From Schizochytrium sp. TIO01 (Eukaryota; Protista; Bigyra: Labyrinthulomycetes), in contig SMSO01000007.1 of the NCBI GenBank assembly GCA_004764695.1, positions 2,301,270 through 2,365,269 on the forward strand: DNA of 64,000 nucleotides, written 5' to 3'. Made by a program: the position numbers and the translations under genes. Below, one piece after another: positions 60,000-64,000 of this stretch (its first letter is position 1; the number at the start of each line of letters is the position of its first letter). A model generated the notes under the pieces. That model made no database searches. It worked only from the letters and a program-made list of their open reading frames with translations, and was not told the origin of the DNA.

Positions 60000-60404
60000 T
60001 TGACTTTTGCCAGGGTCGCACGACTTGACTACGAAAACAGGACACCAAAGAAAGACACTAAGCGCCTCAAAGGAGAATTTATAAGGACTTTCAAGAAGAG
60101 TCCGAAGAAGAGTCCGAAGAAGGACAAGCGAACGAAGGCGCAGAAGAACGAGGGCGTCAAGCAGGTGACAATGGCGCTAAGAGAAGAGTAGACCGTTTGG
60201 GCAGGGAGGCCGGGGGGGTCTGCAGGGTGTGGATGCGGTAAGGTACTTGACCCCAGCTTTCGACCAGGCCACTGTGCTGCACACAATATAAGCCGAGGCG
60301 ACCTCGCCCCCGCGAGAGTCGAAACGGCGTTGGTGAATCGACCGTCAGATGTTCGCTCTTTGAATATCATCCCATCGAAGAGACAAAGGACCTCAAAGCA
60401 ATAA
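60000..60404 (+). pseudogene. Possible decayed HNH-endonuclease-like ORF
   Basis: Reading through the TAG at 60189 gives a Lys-rich leader, then 'MALREE*TVW...GCGCGKVLDPSFRPGHCAAH...NRP'. Loose resemblance only. Confidence 0.25.
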
Positions 60405-60959
60405 TTAGCAAAAATACTAGTACTTGTCTCATCCTCTTACTACCTCTACTAATATGTAGTTAGATATAGGTATAGTACTAAATACGTGGCTACTAGGCTA
60501 GTAATTAGTTGCACTTCGTATGTAGTACTAAGGTACTACCCCAGCTCTAGAAAGAAAGCTTTTTATCTATTCTCTCCTAAGGCCTCTCTTTCTGGTATTA
60601 ATTTGAAAGTGGAAATCAGTAAGCCACCTCGAGACCTACGAATTAGCCTAACTAGTGGTATACTTTCAATCAATTGTATTAGCAGGCCTAGGCTTATAAT
60701 ACCTATCTTCAACTTGAAAAATAAGAAAAAAGAAAACCTAGTAGGTGCCTTCCAAAGTCCTAGATACAGATCGCTGTCATAAACAAGAAGAAAAACGCAA
60801 ACAGTCACTTGCCAATGATTGCTTTGGCTGGAGTTTTGATTACCTCTGAATAGAGAGAGTGGTCACTTGGAAACTACCATAGTGCTACTATCTAGGTATT
60901 TATAAACATTAAATAAAGATGAAGGGTGCCCGCTTACCTACTGCACCTACTAGTAATAC

Positions 60960-61620
60960 GGAAACGTTAGAACTAATACAACCTTCAAGTGGTAGTGACT
61001 ATTCCAAATAAATGATTAGTATTATAGTTATTTAGGTCTTTGTGAAGAAGTGGAGGTTGAAAAAACGAAACAGCCAAGCTCCAAACACTACAAGCGAAGC
61101 AAACAAATCTAAATGTCTCCGCCGTCAACAAAGACATTGGTAGAGAGGTCAACTTTCAATAGGCAGGACTTGGACTACGGAGATTAACCGCCAGCTTGCA
61201 CTTTGGCTCTATGAAAACTACGGTGTTGTCCTTTTGACTAAATTTGAAACCTCAACAAGTTAACAAGATGGATCAAAATCAAGACAGCTAGAATGATGTG
61301 TCGTTAGCTTCTGCCAAGCGATCATTCACAAAGCCGAGTTTTCCCCTACCAGTGGTGTAAACTGGTTATTTCTCGAGAGGGATGGACTTCAAACCCATGC
61401 AATGAATGTGGTACCATCCACGACAAGCTCGAAACATCCTAGGTTTTCAATGCTCCAAATGGAAACACATAGCCGATCATAATATCCACGCCGCCAGAGG
61501 CATCCTCTTGCTCTGCCTATCCAAAGATGATTTGAGGCGGTCTTTGAGAACCGCAATTGGGCCTTATTAGCCCCATTTTGTCACCATAGGAAGCAATCTT
61601 TGCAATTTTTATAGGTTAAT
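60960..61620 (+). mobile_element. IS607-like / Fanzor2 element, decayed internal-deletion derivative (copy 2)
   Basis: The left end aligns with 46352-46509. A short TnpA relic 'NVSAVNKDIGREVNFQ*AGL' precedes the Fanzor RuvC/zinc-finger region. The right end aligns with 47095-47137. Confidence 0.87.
61175..61570 (+). pseudogene. Fanzor2 / IS607-TnpB RNA-guided nuclease pseudogene (C-terminal part)
   Basis: Across frameshifts it reads 'EINRQLALWLYENYGVVLLTKFETS', 'IKIKTARMMC', 'FCQAIIHKAE', 'WCKLVISREGWTSNPCNECGTIHDKLETS*VF', 'CSKWKHIADHNIHAARGILLLCL'. Confidence 0.88.
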
Positions 61621-61640
61621 CTCTGAGTGTTAGTTCTAGT
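61530..61640 (+). ncRNA. Putative omegaRNA scaffold remnant plus flank-derived guide
   Basis: Located at the element right end. Three consecutive hairpins: GCGGT/ACCGC 61537-61554, GGGC/GCCC 61559-61573, and CCATAGGAAGCAA-TCT-TTGCAATTTTTATAGG 61584-61615. Confidence 0.45.
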
Positions 61641-62404
61641 TAGTACGTAGGCATTGAATAATAGATCTCATAGAAGTCTCATATTACGGCAGTGGCCTAG
61701 TAAAGAGAGTTGAGAGCAAGCAAAGGGTAGTTACAATTCATTTGTCGCTTCCAGACTCATTAAGGCTTCAACTAATGCTGGGGGGCTGTGATTTATGAAA
61801 CTATCCCATAGTATGCCTGAGGTATTGTCAAGAAACCAAAAAGAGGTTCCTCGATGAATTAAAGCAGAACGTCACAAAACGCATCCTAACATCAGATCCT
61901 ACATTTTGCTCTTTCGGACGAGGGAGCATGCTATTATCCGCAGCGCTTACTATAACTGAAAATTAAGATGAAAACATCGCTGATATGGAAGAGTTCTATC
62001 TTTATAACATAGACAGGATCCTGTTGTAATAGTAATATGAAAAGTAGAGGCATTCCTTCATCAGTATGATATTGCGAAAGCAAAACTTCCAGTGAAAGGT
62101 CTTGGGGTCGTTCAATGAAATTATAAAGAGTTAGGCAAGAAATTTATTTATATCCTAAATCAAGCAAATCTATAATGAAGTTTGAGCTTGATTGAAGTGA
62201 TAATTAAACAAAATAAGGGGCAATAAAAGATAGCGTGCATTTATAGGGGACATGTTTATGAACTATGGCGGACACCTTCCATACTAAATTGGAGTGACTT
62301 GTTCTCCTTGAACCGTGACGCTAGATTTAGGAAATATGAGCGCCTATCTTTTTTATCTCTTTTTTTTTTAAACCAGGAGAAGAGTGAATCATGAAACGGT
62401 ATGC

Positions 62405-63040
62405 CTAGGACATGCAAAAGGCAAATACTCGCTTAGCAAAACCGTGCAACATCTGGCGACCGTATGGAATATAGCTTGCCATGAGCCAAAGATAACTAGA
62501 GAATTGGATAATAACCAAAACAAGGCAGATGATACCGATCTGTAGATATACAGCAAAAACAAATGTCAGGACTAGAGTAGATACGTACAAGATTGCTGCA
62601 ACACGGCGAGTTTCATTGAAAAGGGTTGTGCAGAATCGAGTTGGTCCTACAAAAAACATACTTGATCCTAATGACAGCAAATTGCCCATGGTATAGGGCA
62701 GCGCAAATTTCTCTGGTTTGAAGACAATTGATGGCACGAAAAAAGTTGAGGAGATACTCATGAACGTGCCGATGCAAAAACAAATGACGAAGCCATAGAG
62801 CCGAGTTTCATAGCTGAGCCCAGCGCACATCGAATTAATTTCTGCGTCAACTTGAGACCCTTCTGGGGTTACACGTTCTGCATCTTCTGCCGCAGACATA
62901 TTGAATGAAGGTAGCGATCGAAAAAAGCCCCATCTGCTGCTGCCTGTTCCATTGGCCTCCCCCAGCTCAGGGTCGTCCTCCTCCACAAGCGTTACTGTCT
63001 CAGCCGCATCATCTCTCGCTCCGCGGCCGAAAAGAAACAT
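62405..63040 (-). CDS. SFT2: Vesicle transport protein, SFT2/Got1 family
   Basis: 'LSYETRLYGFVICF', 'KFALPYTMGNLLSLGSSMFFVGP', 'WLMASYIPYGR'; four TM helices. Likely ATG at 63040. Confidence 0.92.
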   Translation of the reverse strand: MFLFGRGARDDAAETVTLVEEDDPELGEANGTGSSRWGFFRSLPSFNMSAAEDAERVTPEGSQVDAEINSMCAGLSYETRLYGFVICFCIGTFMSISSTFFVPSIVFKPEKFALPYTMGNLLSLGSSMFFVGPTRFCTTLFNETRRVAAILYVSTLVLTFVFAVYLQIGIICLVLVIIQFSSYLWLMASYIPYGRQMLHGFAKRVFAFCMS

Positions 63041-64000
63041 GGCGGTCGTAGAGCTTTGTGTTGTACCTCCTCGAGTATTAATTGGTTTCGCTGATGCTAT
63101 AGTTGCTGCTGCTTTTGGCCTCCTATTCTTTTCCCCAAGATATCCTGTGCAGGACTGCGTGCGATCAGATGAAAGGGCAGTCAGTAACTTTCTTGGCACT
63201 TTCTCCTGCGCTTCGTATCCGACACCCAGCGAGAGCCCAGCTGTTTGCCTGTTTATCAATGAATTGTTATTAGAGATAACCTGCCTGTCTGCCTGATTAC
63301 CTGCCAGGCTTTGCTCCGCTTAGTTTTGTTGAGGTTACTTGTTGGTGCATTGTGTCTTTTGGTCTTAACCTTCTCTTGTGTTCCTTCCAAACTGTAGTAC
63401 CTAATGTCTAATCGGAATGAATAGAACTCCCTACTCCCTTATAATACATATCATATAAGTTAAGTAGAATTTCAGCCAGCCCATCTTGGCATCGTTTCGC
63501 AACACATGGACAAAGAAGAATTCAAACGGGTAATACTATAATTAACATCGTCATTTCATTATTTATAATTTCAATCCTGCTCAGGATCTTAACTTGTTTA
63601 CGTCCTGTGAATAGACTAAAACTACATCCCCCTATTGGCTTTTCCCTATACTGTGCTTTTATTTTGTATGCACCCGTGCATATCATATAGCCGACCTAAA
63701 TGCACACCTAAGACATATATTTCATGGCGGAGGGTTTACAGATTATCAGAGAAGACATCAGAGCGATAGATAGTTCTTTTGTGGCGTTTACATAGTATTT
63801 GATCTCTTTTGTTGAAAAAATACAAAATGTAACAAAGAAGGCGGATGTAGTAGAACACCATCTATCAGGTTGAAAATGGTGTATAGAACAAGAGAAGGGT
63901 CATTTAGAAAGAATATGGGAGTAACAGAAAGATACACAATTTTCAATTAGCTAATCTGAAAAAATCAATAATAAACAAATAGGCACTGGTGAACGTAGTG

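Overview
Eukaryotic nuclear DNA, intron-poor, with single 5'-proximal GT-AG introns. Gene content and style suggest a flagellated stramenopile such as a thraustochytrid; this is an inference, not something the sequence proves. About 14 protein-coding genes are supportable: a 5'-truncated myosin, a peroxisomal MFE-2-type dehydrogenase, an ACL5-like aminopropyltransferase, CLUAP1/IFT38, dynactin p150, a TH1-domain AGC kinase, a ZIP transporter, the phage-type mitochondrial RNA polymerase, an NDUFB4-like subunit, a PH-domain protein, a DEK-C/SWIB protein, SFT2 and two orphans. The main signal the ORF track largely misses is two decayed, differently deleted copies of an IS607-like element (about 46352-47137 and 60960-61620). 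They carry a MerR-HTH/serine-recombinase TnpA remnant and a Fanzor2/TnpB RNA-guided nuclease remnant, with shared ends and a hairpin-rich putative omegaRNA at the right end. A ~12.6 kb stretch without an intact protein gene (46014-58665) holds the first copy, an atypical tRNA-like gene, several copia-type LTRs (one solo LTR with a 5-bp TSD, and two 3' ends forming a ~360-bp inverted repeat) and a gypsy-type protease remnant. Intergenic DNA shows a recurrent TAGGTACCTA palindrome and an apparent CAG>TAG / CTG>CTA decay signature. All family assignments come from motif recognition by eye; no database searches were run.
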